Assembly: GCF_008000775.2 (NCBI RefSeq)
Contig: NZ_CP042905.2
Location: 360,001 to 392,000, forward strand
DNA: 32,000 bases
From: Promethearchaeum syntrophicum
GTDB taxonomy: Archaea > Asgardarchaeota > Lokiarchaeia > Sigyniarchaeales > Promethearchaeaceae
Direction of reading: 5' to 3'
Position numbers and translations under genes: made by a program. The notes under the pieces are model-generated. The model was not told the origin of the DNA and did no database searches. It was given only the letters and a program-made list of their open reading frames with translations. Shown here one piece after another: positions 1 through 9,006 of this stretch (position 1 is its first letter; every line of letters begins with the position of its first letter).

Positions 1-2
1 AA

Positions 3-791
3 TATGGTACCAATTATAGTTTAGGCATAGTTGCTTTTAGCGTAGCTCAACAGGAAACGATTAGGTCAGCATTAGAGAAGTTGATAAAAAAGGATCCTTC
101 AGTAGAATCCATCATGAATAAAGATGAAGAAGAAGGATTATTTATTAAAAATTTGGAGAGTGTGCAAGGAGATGAACGAGATTTCATATTTTTTAGTGTT
201 GGTTATGCCAAGGATCCAAAAGGTAAGTTATCTCTAAATTTCGGTCCTTTAAACAGAAGTGGTGGATATAGAAGATTGAATGTTGCAATCACTCGTGCGC
301 GTTTTCATATAAAACTATTTGCTTCATTTTTACCTAGCGATATTAATATAGAGAAAGTTAAAGCGCGGGGTTTAAGTGATCTAATTGGCTACATGAGATA
401 TGCAAGAACCAATATATTGACCAAGGTTAAATCTGTTTCAAAGAAAAAAATCTTTGAATCAGATTCTTTTGAATCATGTGTTAAATTATCATTAGAAAAA
501 GCAGGTTTTACTGTTAAAACTTTGATAGGGCATTCAAATTTTCGTATAGATCTTGCTATTATAGATCCAAAAAATCCTTCTAGGTTTATTCTTGGATTGG
601 AATGTGATGGTGGGTCCTATAAAGCAGCAAAAAATACTCGCGATAGAGACCGAATTAGAAATGAAGTTTTAGATGGTTTGGGGTGGGAAATATTACATAT
701 ATGGGGTCCAGATTGGTATATCAATAGAGAAAAAGTAATAAGAAAAATTAAGAGAAAAGTTAACCAAAGAATGAAAAAAATCGAAGTTTAA
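3..791 (+). CDS. Superfamily I (DNA2/NAM7, DUF4011-like) helicase C-terminus fused to a PD-(D/E)XK-type MTES_1575/DUF559-like domain; 5' truncated by window edge
   Basis: Frame 3 is open upstream of the listed start and reads YGTNYSLGIVAFSVAQQETIRSALEKLIKKD. Then VQGDERDFIFFSVGYA and GYRRLNVAITRAR (helicase motifs V/VI). C-terminal LGLECDGGSYKAAKNTRDRDRIRNEVLDGLGWEILHIWGPDWY matches the nuclease-like domain of this family. Confidence 0.9.
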   Translation, partial: YGTNYSLGIVAFSVAQQETIRSALEKLIKKDPSVESIMNKDEEEGLFIKNLESVQGDERDFIFFSVGYAKDPKGKLSLNFGPLNRSGGYRRLNVAITRARFHIKLFASFLPSDINIEKVKARGLSDLIGYMRYARTNILTKVKSVSKKKIFESDSFESCVKLSLEKAGFTVKTLIGHSNFRIDLAIIDPKNPSRFILGLECDGGSYKAAKNTRDRDRIRNEVLDGLGWEILHIWGPDWYINREKVIRKIKRKVNQRMKKIEV

Positions 792-1168
792 GGAGTTTCT
801 TTGAATATTTTTCTTCCTTTTTCTTTTATCGTTTCAATAACTCTCTTTTTAGCAACAATTCCAACAAATCGAGAAAAACGAGCGTTTCTTAGCTCACTCT
901 GAATATGTTGTTCTAATATTACCCAAGTTTTCGCTGTAAATTCTGTTTCATATGGAATAAATCTTTCATCAAGTTTTCTGAAAAAAGCCATATATTGCTT
1001 ATCTTTGAATGAATATACAATATATACCTCAACACCATTAATTTTGTCTCGGTATCGCAAAAAATTTGCTTCATCATCAAGACATCCGATTTTAACATCA
1101 ATTTCTTCAGTGTATGAGTCATCGCATACATTTTCTTCATTAAACTCTTCTACTAATTGTGGTCCCAA
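788..1168 (-). CDS. Hypothetical protein, 126 aa
   Basis: ORF with apparent TTG start, an in-frame stop just upstream, and a stop codon overlapping the convergent helicase stop. No family recognised. Confidence 0.5.
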   Translation of the reverse strand: MGPQLVEEFNEENVCDDSYTEEIDVKIGCLDDEANFLRYRDKINGVEVYIVYSFKDKQYMAFFRKLDERFIPYETEFTAKTWVILEQHIQSELRNARFSRFVGIVAKKRVIETIKEKGRKIFKETP

Positions 1169-1246
1169 TTTAATTCAATTAATAGAGTATTAGAAGAACA
1201 AAAAACCTTGCTCTAATAAAAAATAATGAAAAAAAACTCTTGTCTT

Positions 1247-1888
1247 CTACCAAGAAAAATTTTTAATGTTAGACTTTAACTTCTGCCAGGCTTGATTCAA
1301 TTGCAATACAGCAGTAACGACGAAAGAATTACTGTGACTTTTGTTGTGATATTGTTTTTGGACTTGACTTTTTTCTTTTCTAAGTTGATTCTCAATTTTT
1401 TCTAGTTTCGATCCCGTAACCATCTGATCAGAACGTGCTTTATTCATTTCTGAAGCCGTATTTTTCCAATTTGCCTCGTATTTATTTAATTTTGATAATT
1501 TTCTTCCATAATCTTTCAAAGTTTTTGAATATTCTTTATAACCCTGTGAAACATCCTTAATGTCATTAACCATTTCTATTTGAACTTCAATAGCTCTTTC
1601 AACATGAGTTACGTGATCTTTTAAAGTTGCTATATCCTTTGAATTTATCAAATTTGACTTTTGGTTTTGAAATTGAACATAGCTTCTGAGTGTTTCTCTT
1701 TGAAGGATTAGATATTTTTTAAGCTCGTTATTTGCTTTTTCCATATCGTGTGCAACGGATTTAAAACTTTTTTCGATGTTCTCTTCCAATCCCGCTAATT
1801 TATGAACTGATTGTTCCAGCTTTTTATCATATGAAATTTGTTCTAGTTCAACATCTAAGGGAAGAAATTCTTTAATTAATTGAGACAT
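1247..1888 (-). CDS. Hypothetical coiled-coil protein, 213 aa
   Basis: ORF rich in K/E/Q/L with heptad-like character (LEENIEKSFKSVAHDMEKANNELKKYL). Confidence 0.7.
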   Translation of the reverse strand: MSQLIKEFLPLDVELEQISYDKKLEQSVHKLAGLEENIEKSFKSVAHDMEKANNELKKYLILQRETLRSYVQFQNQKSNLINSKDIATLKDHVTHVERAIEVQIEMVNDIKDVSQGYKEYSKTLKDYGRKLSKLNKYEANWKNTASEMNKARSDQMVTGSKLEKIENQLRKEKSQVQKQYHNKSHSNSFVVTAVLQLNQAWQKLKSNIKNFSW

Positions 1889-1930
1889 ACATTGAAATTT
1901 ACTATTTAAATTAAAAAAATTTGGGATTTT

Positions 1931-2872
1931 CTATTTGAGTTTATATTTTTTTTTCAGTAAGGCAACCATTTTTTTAAATAACCCTAAATGGTGCTTTAAT
2001 CCAAAATTCGGATGATTATCCTTATTTTTCCCTCTGAAAAAATCAGTAACGTTAAGATAATACATTTTGGCTGCATCATCTCCAGCTTCAAAAACCTGTC
2101 GAAGTTGTTTTTTAGCAAGTTTTGTTCCATTTATATCAATTAATACTGCAAATGCAGTTGCGGTGTAAACTCGTTTTGTTCCATCTTTAAGTTTTTCTTG
2201 CTTTGTTGTAGGAACTGTTGTAACATAGTGCATATAAGTTCTAATATCTCCTAATTTGGGATCTAAAACTTCAAAACCTTTTATTTTAACTGAAACCCTT
2301 GAAATTGTATAATTTTCACGAAGTTTCTTTAGATTCCCTAGATATCTCATTGTGAAATTTGCTTCCTCTTTAGTTTCTTTAAGCATAGTATATGCTGCGG
2401 AGTCTAAAACAGAACCTGTATTCATAATTCCTCCAATTAAAGCAGGTTTTCCTTTACCGGGCTTATTTTTCCGAACAATACCAATAAAAAATATTTTTTC
2501 ATCATTTTTCACAAAAAGTCCTAAATCTGAAGCCATTGTCGCTTTTAACCACGATGATTGGCCAATTATATCAAGATTAAGGTATTTTTCATTTTTAATT
2601 TCGAATTCAGAACATTTTATCCAATCTCCGTATTGACCAGGAAAATATTCTTTTTCAAGTATTAAATTATTATAATATTCCATTACAGATTCTTGAACTT
2701 CATCTTTAGTTTTATTTGATATATTCCATGTTTTAGTTGAATAAGTTGTGAATTTAGATTCAAGAATTGGAGATAATATATCATTATAATTACTAATAGA
2801 ATTTAGTCCCAGAGAATGAGGTTCACCATTACTAATAAATAACCAGAGAACTTTTGATTTAATTTCACTCAT
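1931..2872 (-). CDS. Divergent Nudix-like protein, 313 aa
   Basis: GGIMNTGSVLDSAAYTMLKETKEEANF resembles a Nudix box (GX5EX7REUXEEXGU) but with shifted spacing and substitutions. Confidence 0.55.
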   Translation of the reverse strand: MSEIKSKVLWLFISNGEPHSLGLNSISNYNDILSPILESKFTTYSTKTWNISNKTKDEVQESVMEYYNNLILEKEYFPGQYGDWIKCSEFEIKNEKYLNLDIIGQSSWLKATMASDLGLFVKNDEKIFFIGIVRKNKPGKGKPALIGGIMNTGSVLDSAAYTMLKETKEEANFTMRYLGNLKKLRENYTISRVSVKIKGFEVLDPKLGDIRTYMHYVTTVPTTKQEKLKDGTKRVYTATAFAVLIDINGTKLAKKQLRQVFEAGDDAAKMYYLNVTDFFRGKNKDNHPNFGLKHHLGLFKKMVALLKKKYKLK

Positions 2873-2874
2873 AT

Positions 2875-3216
2875 TTAACCAACTTTTGAACCTGGGTTTA
2901 CTTTTTCTACATAATTTTCATCGATTTTAAGGAGAACTGCTGTATTATCAACATCAGCTGCAAGAAGCATCCCTTTACTCTCGATCCCCATTATTTTTCT
3001 AGGTTTTAAGTTAGCTAAAACAATAATTTTCGAACCTTTAAGGTCTTCGATACTATACCAATTTTTTATTCCCGAAACTATTTGACGCGGATTTTCTTCA
3101 CCAATATCGACTTGCATTTTTAACAAATTACGTGATTTAGGGACCTCTTCAACCTTTAATATTGTTCCGACTCTTATATCTAAAGTGTTAAAATCCTCAT
3201 ATGATATCGTAGTCAT
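2875..3216 (-). CDS. tRNA-binding-domain protein (Trbp111/EMAPII/MetG C-terminal OB-fold type)
   Basis: YEDFNTLDIRVGTILKVEEVPKSRNLLKMQVDIG...RQIVSGIKNWYSIEDLKGSKIIVLANLKPRKIMGIESKGMLLAA. Family alignment favours the internal Met at 3216; the ORF extends to 3261. Confidence 0.88.
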   Translation of the reverse strand: MTTISYEDFNTLDIRVGTILKVEEVPKSRNLLKMQVDIGEENPRQIVSGIKNWYSIEDLKGSKIIVLANLKPRKIMGIESKGMLLAADVDNTAVLLKIDENYVEKVNPGSKVG

Positions 3217-3273
3217 TTTATAATTATATAATAGGAAAAAAGAACAAAAAATGTTTTTCATTTTATCTGAATT

Positions 3274-5565
3274 TTAATCTTTTTTAATTAGTTTCTTCTC
3301 AGGAATTATTTGACAGCTATCACCATCACAATAAACAGTCCCCGCACTTTTTTCAGTAGTTTTCCACATCTTAATTGGTTTTAATTGAGAAATTCTTTTT
3401 TCATAATCATCTTGTGAAATTGTCTCATACGGCATTTGCTTGTAACCAGATTCTGTTAAGGGTAACATACTTAATCCTTTTATTTTATCTTCAACGAAAC
3501 TTAAAGCATATGGAATACTGGATATTTCGTGTTCTTGGAAGGTTACTGTTATTGATACTTGATTATCACTCCAATAGTGTTGATAATCTATAGCATTTGC
3601 TAACTGCTCCCACATAGTAGTATCTTTTTTTGCTCGCAGAAAATTTTTTTCATGAATAGGGAATTCTACAACCATCGAATTATCAGAATAAGCATCCTTT
3701 TCAACTGGATAATTAGCTTCTCTAAGTAAATCAACTAAACTAGATTTATTCGAGATTCTAATACGTCTAATATAATATTCTGCATGAGGATAGTGAATTC
3801 CTGGAGAGACACCTGCTAAAAGACTAACAGTTCCACTGGGTTTCACAGTTGTTATCTTAATAGATTGAGGAACACAGAAAAAATCCGAATAATTCTCATC
3901 TATTTGTCGTAAATAATCATAGCCCTTATCACTCCATTCTAAAACAGTTCTTCTTCCATGTTTGGCAAACGCATCAATAATCCCAGTTTGAGATGTTCCA
4001 ATGCGGCGATTTTTACCCATGACTGCATTTGTTTCGTTCCAATGAGTGTTCACCAATGTAACACTTTTTGCATATAGATAGGCGTATTTTAGCGTTTCTT
4101 CAAATTCTTCATAAGAATCGTGTCTGGAAGGGAAAGTTTCTACAAGACAGCATAATTCAAAGCTTTCAAGAGTTTGTTCTCCGCATGGATTTACTCCAAC
4201 AGCTTTTTTATCTTTAAAATCTGCTTCATATCCCATTCTGCTAAAATTTTTTGCATTTTCTAGGAAAATAATCCCTGGTTCTCCATTTTTTGCAATACTC
4301 TCAACTATTTTAAAATAGTCCATCCCTTTTTTTCCAATAATACTATTATTACTTGCCCATCTGTGATGATATAAAGCTTCTTTATCTTGTTTACAATTAA
4401 TATATTCCTCATCATCGGAAGAGCCAAGCGCAATTTGTGCTGACCTGCGGACATTACCCGCAACAACACATTTTCCTATCAAGTTCATCATATCAACAAT
4501 ATCTACTGAAGTTAATGTTGAACCAATTCTTTTATCTAGTAATTCTTTTTGGCTATTCAACATTTCCTGTAAAGGCTCTGGACCGGATGCAACACCACCA
4601 AATCCACGAATTAATGCTCCTGCAGGTCGAATTTTTGAAAAATCATAAACTGGTATTGGATCTCCATCAAAATATGCCAATAATAGGTATCGAAGTGCAT
4701 GAACCCACCCTTCTCTTGAATCAGGAATTTCAAAAACAAAAGTTTCATCTTTTGGTTCTTTAATTATTTGTTTTCCTGCACCTTTAGTATCAAATCCGAC
4801 TCCCACACCCAACATAAGTGCATCCATCAACCATTCAAAGGGTTTAGCCTTTTTGATAAGTATATCCTCAGTAGAACAGAATCCACAATTATTTAGGGCC
4901 ATACTACCATGTTTGTCAATAAATTCCGTTCCCATCATCCAAAGTCCCCGACCAGGAGGTATGAATTTGAAATTCCAAATCTTTTCAAACATAGTTTGAG
5001 CTGATTTCTGGGCTTTTTCTGGGATCCAAGGTAAACTTAATTTGAAGCAATGCTCCTTTTGAATAGAATACGCACCTTCAACAACTCTACGAATTGTTTC
5101 ATAAAATTCTTCTGTGCGATTCTCATTTTCAATTAATCGTGCATAGGTTCGTTTATAAGTAATATATCCAAGAGGACCCCAATCTGGTTGAATTTTTTTA
5201 AATTTTTCGATAAATGCTTCTTCTAATTTAAATTTGAGAACGCTTGATAGTATTAATTTTGCATAGATATTTCTTTCTTTAATATAACCTCTTGCCATTA
5301 ATTCTAAACACATGATCTCTCGGATCATCGATGTTTGAATCGTTTTTAATGCTAAAATAGTAATTTTTTTTAACGATTCTTTTACGATTATAATACATTC
5401 ATTCCAATCTAAACCTGTTTCCTTATTCAAACTTTTTACTAATTTGTCTGGATCAAAAGGTTTGAGATCTCCCCGAGAGTTTTTAATAAATCGGGGAAAA
5501 ATATCTAAAACTGTAAGTTTGTTATTATCATTATTAGGTATGATTGATTGAACCATTTCTTTCAT
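3274..5565 (-). CDS. rtpR: Adenosylcobalamin-dependent (class II) ribonucleoside-triphosphate reductase with N-terminal ATP-cone-like region
   Basis: PPGRGLWMMGTEFIDKHGSMALNNCGFCST, LGVGVGFDTKG, NPCGEQTLESFELCCLVETFP (active-site CxE), GTSQTGIIDAF and C-terminal redox pair VYCDGDSC. Confidence 0.93.
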   Translation of the reverse strand: MKEMVQSIIPNNDNNKLTVLDIFPRFIKNSRGDLKPFDPDKLVKSLNKETGLDWNECIIIVKESLKKITILALKTIQTSMIREIMCLELMARGYIKERNIYAKLILSSVLKFKLEEAFIEKFKKIQPDWGPLGYITYKRTYARLIENENRTEEFYETIRRVVEGAYSIQKEHCFKLSLPWIPEKAQKSAQTMFEKIWNFKFIPPGRGLWMMGTEFIDKHGSMALNNCGFCSTEDILIKKAKPFEWLMDALMLGVGVGFDTKGAGKQIIKEPKDETFVFEIPDSREGWVHALRYLLLAYFDGDPIPVYDFSKIRPAGALIRGFGGVASGPEPLQEMLNSQKELLDKRIGSTLTSVDIVDMMNLIGKCVVAGNVRRSAQIALGSSDDEEYINCKQDKEALYHHRWASNNSIIGKKGMDYFKIVESIAKNGEPGIIFLENAKNFSRMGYEADFKDKKAVGVNPCGEQTLESFELCCLVETFPSRHDSYEEFEETLKYAYLYAKSVTLVNTHWNETNAVMGKNRRIGTSQTGIIDAFAKHGRRTVLEWSDKGYDYLRQIDENYSDFFCVPQSIKITTVKPSGTVSLLAGVSPGIHYPHAEYYIRRIRISNKSSLVDLLREANYPVEKDAYSDNSMVVEFPIHEKNFLRAKKDTTMWEQLANAIDYQHYWSDNQVSITVTFQEHEISSIPYALSFVEDKIKGLSMLPLTESGYKQMPYETISQDDYEKRISQLKPIKMWKTTEKSAGTVYCDGDSCQIIPEKKLIKKD

Positions 5566-5839
5566 CTTTGTTTTGTTTTGTTTTTATCCGAATTTTGTCT
5601 TAAAATAGAACACGTTCGGAATGATCTTTTAACGTATTTAACTTAATCGCATTGTATATTTTAATTTTTTTACGAGAAATAACTAATGTAAAAACATAAA
5701 ATCTGTTTATTAGAATTAACACCGACAAAAATTTTTTAATTAATTGTTTAAATAGCAATTCAATAACTTATTTTTGATATATGATTTTTATAATTCAATA
5801 TTTATAAATTCGAAAATTATGATTTTTATGATCGATAAT

Positions 5840-6667
5840 ATGTTACGTATTGAAAATTTAACCGTTCGAGTGGAAGACCGCCAAATTCTTAAAGATTTTA
5901 ACCTGAATATTAATAAAGGAGAGGTTCATGTCCTTTTAGGGCCAAATGGGGCAGGAAAAACAACTTTAATTAAAGCAATTCTCGGTTATAAAAACTATAT
6001 TATTGAAAGCGGAAAAATATATTTTAAAGGCAAGGATATTACTAATTTATCAATTTCTGAACGAGTTTCACAAGGTATTGGTGTTTTATTTCAACGTCCA
6101 CCAGAAATAAATGGAGTTAAATTATCCAAACTTCTATCAGTCTGTGATCAAAAACGTAATTCATTTATCCACAAAACATCTGAAAATGCTTGTGATTCAG
6201 ATTTGGATGATTATATGAACAATTTAACTAAAAGAGTAAAATTTTCAGACCATTTTTTAGAACGTGATGTAAATACTGGGTTTAGTGGTGGTGAGGTCAA
6301 ACGCTCAGAAATATTACAAATGATGGTAATGCAACCTGATCTACTCCTTTTCGACGAACCAGATAGTGGTGTTGATGTTGAAAATGTAGAGTTAATTGCC
6401 AGCGTTATGCGTGAATTATTAGATAGAGATAAAGTTCCATCAAAACAGGAGAAATCTGGATTAATAATTACTCATTTAGGTTATATTTTAAAGTTCCTAG
6501 GTCATATTACTCGAGCTCACATTTTAATGCATGGAAAAATTCTATGTTCAGGTAATCCAAAACAGATCATTAATGCGGTAATGAAAAATGGCTTTGAAAA
6601 ATGTAAAGAGTGCATATCTTGTATCGATCCAATTGAAAGCTTTAAAGAGGTCGATTTAACATTATGA
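5840..6667 (+). CDS. sufC: Fe-S cluster assembly ABC ATPase SufC
   Basis: MLRIENLTVRVEDRQILKDFNLNINKGEVHVLLGPNGAGKTTLIKAILGY (Walker A), IGVLFQRPPEINGV, SGGEVKRSEILQMMVMQPDLLLFDEPDSGVD. Open frame extends to 5774. The 3' end overlaps the next gene. Confidence 0.93.
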   Translation: MLRIENLTVRVEDRQILKDFNLNINKGEVHVLLGPNGAGKTTLIKAILGYKNYIIESGKIYFKGKDITNLSISERVSQGIGVLFQRPPEINGVKLSKLLSVCDQKRNSFIHKTSENACDSDLDDYMNNLTKRVKFSDHFLERDVNTGFSGGEVKRSEILQMMVMQPDLLLFDEPDSGVDVENVELIASVMRELLDRDKVPSKQEKSGLIITHLGYILKFLGHITRAHILMHGKILCSGNPKQIINAVMKNGFEKCKECISCIDPIESFKEVDLTL

Positions 6668-7875
6668 TAAAAAAAAAAAAGGATAACAAAGACATAGATC
6701 TTAATGAATATAAAATCGAGAACTTAGAAACCAATCAGACATACGATTCAGAACAGGAAATTCCCGTTGAATTAAAAGAATCTATGAAGAAAGTTGGAAT
6801 TGAAGTCGATTCAGATAAAAGTGGTATTTTTCTTCAATCCGGAAATAAACCTGATTTATGTGTTAGTAAAGTTCAAGGTATAGAGTTAATGCCTCTTAAA
6901 GAAGCGTTAAAAAAATTTGATGGCTCAAATGGAAAACTCAATCTACAAAATTATTTCTGGAAAGCGGTGGCATCTGATAAGGATAAATTTACAGCTGAAG
7001 CAGCTATTAATGAAATTACTGATGGATATTTTATTCACGCTCTTGCTGGTAAAAAAACAGTTTTTCCATTACAATCATGTCTTTTTATTCCCCCACTCCC
7101 TGGATTAAAACAAGTAGTTCACAATATAATAATTGCAGAACCGGGCTCCCAATTAGATATAATAACGGGATGTACTGCTCATACAGGTGCAAAAAGTGCA
7201 ATTCATTTAGGAGTCTCTGAATTTTATGTTAAAAAAGATGCGAAAGTATCCTTTACAATGGTTCACAATTGGACCGAATCAACAAAAGTCCGACCCCGAA
7301 CGGGAATTGTTCTTGAAGAGAATGCAAAATTTTCCAATTTTTATGTAGTAATGTCCGAAGTTAAAAACCTCCAGACAAATCCAGTCATTAAACTTATTGG
7401 AAAAAATGCATCATATTTTGGACAGACCTTAATTTATGCAAAAGGAGAGAGTTATTATGATACAGGGGCAACTGCACATTTAATTGGTGAAGGTAGCAAA
7501 GCAGAAATTATTTCGAGGGTACTTGCTGTTGATAATTCTCATGTTATTGCACGAGGAAAAATAATAGGGGATGGAAAGAATGTCACTGGACATATTGATT
7601 GTTCAGCATTACTTCTTTCTCCAAATGCTAGAGTTGATTCTATTCCAGAGATAAATGCTCAGAACCCAGAAGTTAGTTTAACCCATGAAGCCTCAGTAGG
7701 TAAAATTAGTGATGATCACATTGAGTATTTAATGAGTCGTGGATTAACTGAAGACGAAGCAATAAATCTAATAGTGAGTGGGTTCTTAGATGTTGATACA
7801 AGCCCTCTACCTCCTAGTTTAGCAGAAGAGACAAAAAAAATAATTGATATCGTATCGCGCTCTGAAATGGGTTGA
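6664..7875 (+). CDS. sufB: SufB/SufD family Fe-S cluster scaffold protein
   Basis: HTGAKSAIHLGVSEFYVKKDAKVSFTMVHNW, VIARGKIIGDGKNVTGHIDCSALLLSPNARVDSIPEINAQNPEVSLTHEASVGKI. ATGA-type overlap with sufC. Confidence 0.92.
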   Translation: MIKKKKDNKDIDLNEYKIENLETNQTYDSEQEIPVELKESMKKVGIEVDSDKSGIFLQSGNKPDLCVSKVQGIELMPLKEALKKFDGSNGKLNLQNYFWKAVASDKDKFTAEAAINEITDGYFIHALAGKKTVFPLQSCLFIPPLPGLKQVVHNIIIAEPGSQLDIITGCTAHTGAKSAIHLGVSEFYVKKDAKVSFTMVHNWTESTKVRPRTGIVLEENAKFSNFYVVMSEVKNLQTNPVIKLIGKNASYFGQTLIYAKGESYYDTGATAHLIGEGSKAEIISRVLAVDNSHVIARGKIIGDGKNVTGHIDCSALLLSPNARVDSIPEINAQNPEVSLTHEASVGKISDDHIEYLMSRGLTEDEAINLIVSGFLDVDTSPLPPSLAEETKKIIDIVSRSEMG

Positions 7876-7878
7876 CCA

Positions 7879-8220
7879 TTATTCATCTTCGATGAATTTT
7901 TTAACTTCTTCCCCAAATTTTTTAACTTCTTTTCCTACTTTCTTTGCAGTCTTAATGCTTTTGCGGACAACTTCTTTGGTGACTTTTTCTATATTTCTTC
8001 CGAGCTTTTCCATATTTTGCTGTAAATCGACACCAGTTTTTTCCCAATCAATTAATGGCTTTCTTTTAGCTTCAGATTCGACACTCGTAATTTTGAGTTG
8101 AAATTTTTGACCACAACCTTCACAGTACGCAATTTCCCCCAAAACTAATGAATTTATTAAATCTTTTGGAAGCGCCGTACCACAATTTGAACAAAATAGT
8201 TGCTTAGGTAATTTTACCAT
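7879..8220 (-). CDS. Zinc-ribbon protein with charged amphipathic C-terminal half, 113 aa
   Basis: FCSNCGTALPKDLINSLVLGEIAYCEGCGQKF (two CxxC knuckles) followed by a Lys/Glu/Val repeating helix. Its stop is 3 bp from the convergent sufB stop. Confidence 0.7.
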   Translation of the reverse strand: MVKLPKQLFCSNCGTALPKDLINSLVLGEIAYCEGCGQKFQLKITSVESEAKRKPLIDWEKTGVDLQQNMEKLGRNIEKVTKEVVRKSIKTAKKVGKEVKKFGEEVKKFIEDE

Positions 8221-8262
8221 ACATTTTCACATTTTATTCTTAATCTCAAAAAATAAAAACAT

Positions 8263-9006
8263 TTACTTTTTACAATGATACAATATTATATCCTCAAAGA
8301 AGATATGATGAGATTTCTGTTCCAAAATTTTAACTTCTTGAATTTTTAAAGCCTGTTGGATAGTTTCCTGATTAACCAAACTGGAAGTTATAAAAAATAA
8401 TTCTCCATTTTTTTTAAGAAATTTAGAAAGATGATTTAAAAACTCTAATAACACTTCATTCCCAGTAGGTCCTCCATCCCATGCTAGATCTATTAATTGT
8501 CGATTTGTTTCATTAATAACATCAAGGTCACTTTGAAGGTATGGAGGATTGAAAAGAATTAGATCATAAGGTTGAACCAATTCATCGGTATTAAGAGGTT
8601 TAAAAAGATTTCCTTCCAAAAATTGAGCATAATTTTCGAGTTTGTTTAATTTTGCATTATATTTGGCAGTTTCCACCGCTAATGGGTTAATCTCAGTTCC
8701 GACGTGAAAGAAATTTACTTTTTTTTTTAAGAATCGAGAGATAAGGAGAAGAGAAATTGTTCCAGGGCCATAACCAATTTCTAAAACGCGAATTGGTTTT
8801 ATGTTTAAATTTCTTTTTGGGATTTGAATTTTTTTAATCCAATCAAGTATGAACTCAGAAATTAATTTTGTATCATCATGCGGAGAATAAACTTGTTCAG
8901 GAATTACCATATTTATTTCATAATATTCAATAATTTTATATTTTGAAAAATCATGACCCATCCAATTCAAACTCCTGTAGAATTTCATTTTTTCCTGTAG
9001 TTCCAT
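8263..9006 (-). CDS. HemK/PrmC-like (archaeal HemK2/Mtq2-like) S-adenosylmethionine methyltransferase
   Basis: EQVYSPHDDTKLI, VLEIGYGPGTISLLL, DLILFNPPYLQSD, AWDGGPTGNEVLLEFL. The internal Met at 8910 (MVIPEQVYSP) may be the true start, which would remove the overlap with ksgA. Confidence 0.85.
   Translation of the reverse strand: MELQEKMKFYRSLNWMGHDFSKYKIIEYYEINMVIPEQVYSPHDDTKLISEFILDWIKKIQIPKRNLNIKPIRVLEIGYGPGTISLLLISRFLKKKVNFFHVGTEINPLAVETAKYNAKLNKLENYAQFLEGNLFKPLNTDELVQPYDLILFNPPYLQSDLDVINETNRQLIDLAWDGGPTGNEVLLEFLNHLSKFLKKNGELFFITSSLVNQETIQQALKIQEVKILEQKSHHIFFEDIILYHCKK

Noticed and set aside
1005-1193. Small ORFs 919-1140 (-) and 1005-1193 (+) overlapping the 126-aa gene
   Set aside because: Alternative frames of the same segment with frame-shifted hydrophobic or Ser-rich composition. 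The 788-1168 frame is the more protein-like one.
4437-4763. 108 aa plus-strand ORF inside the ribonucleotide reductase gene
   Set aside because: Antisense to a well-conserved catalytic region of RTPR. Translation is low complexity with no family features.
5566-5839. GAAC-AC-GTTC inverted repeat upstream of the ribonucleotide reductase as an NrdR-like site
   Set aside because: Too short, single copy, and unlike the known NrdR box. Not supportable as a regulatory site.
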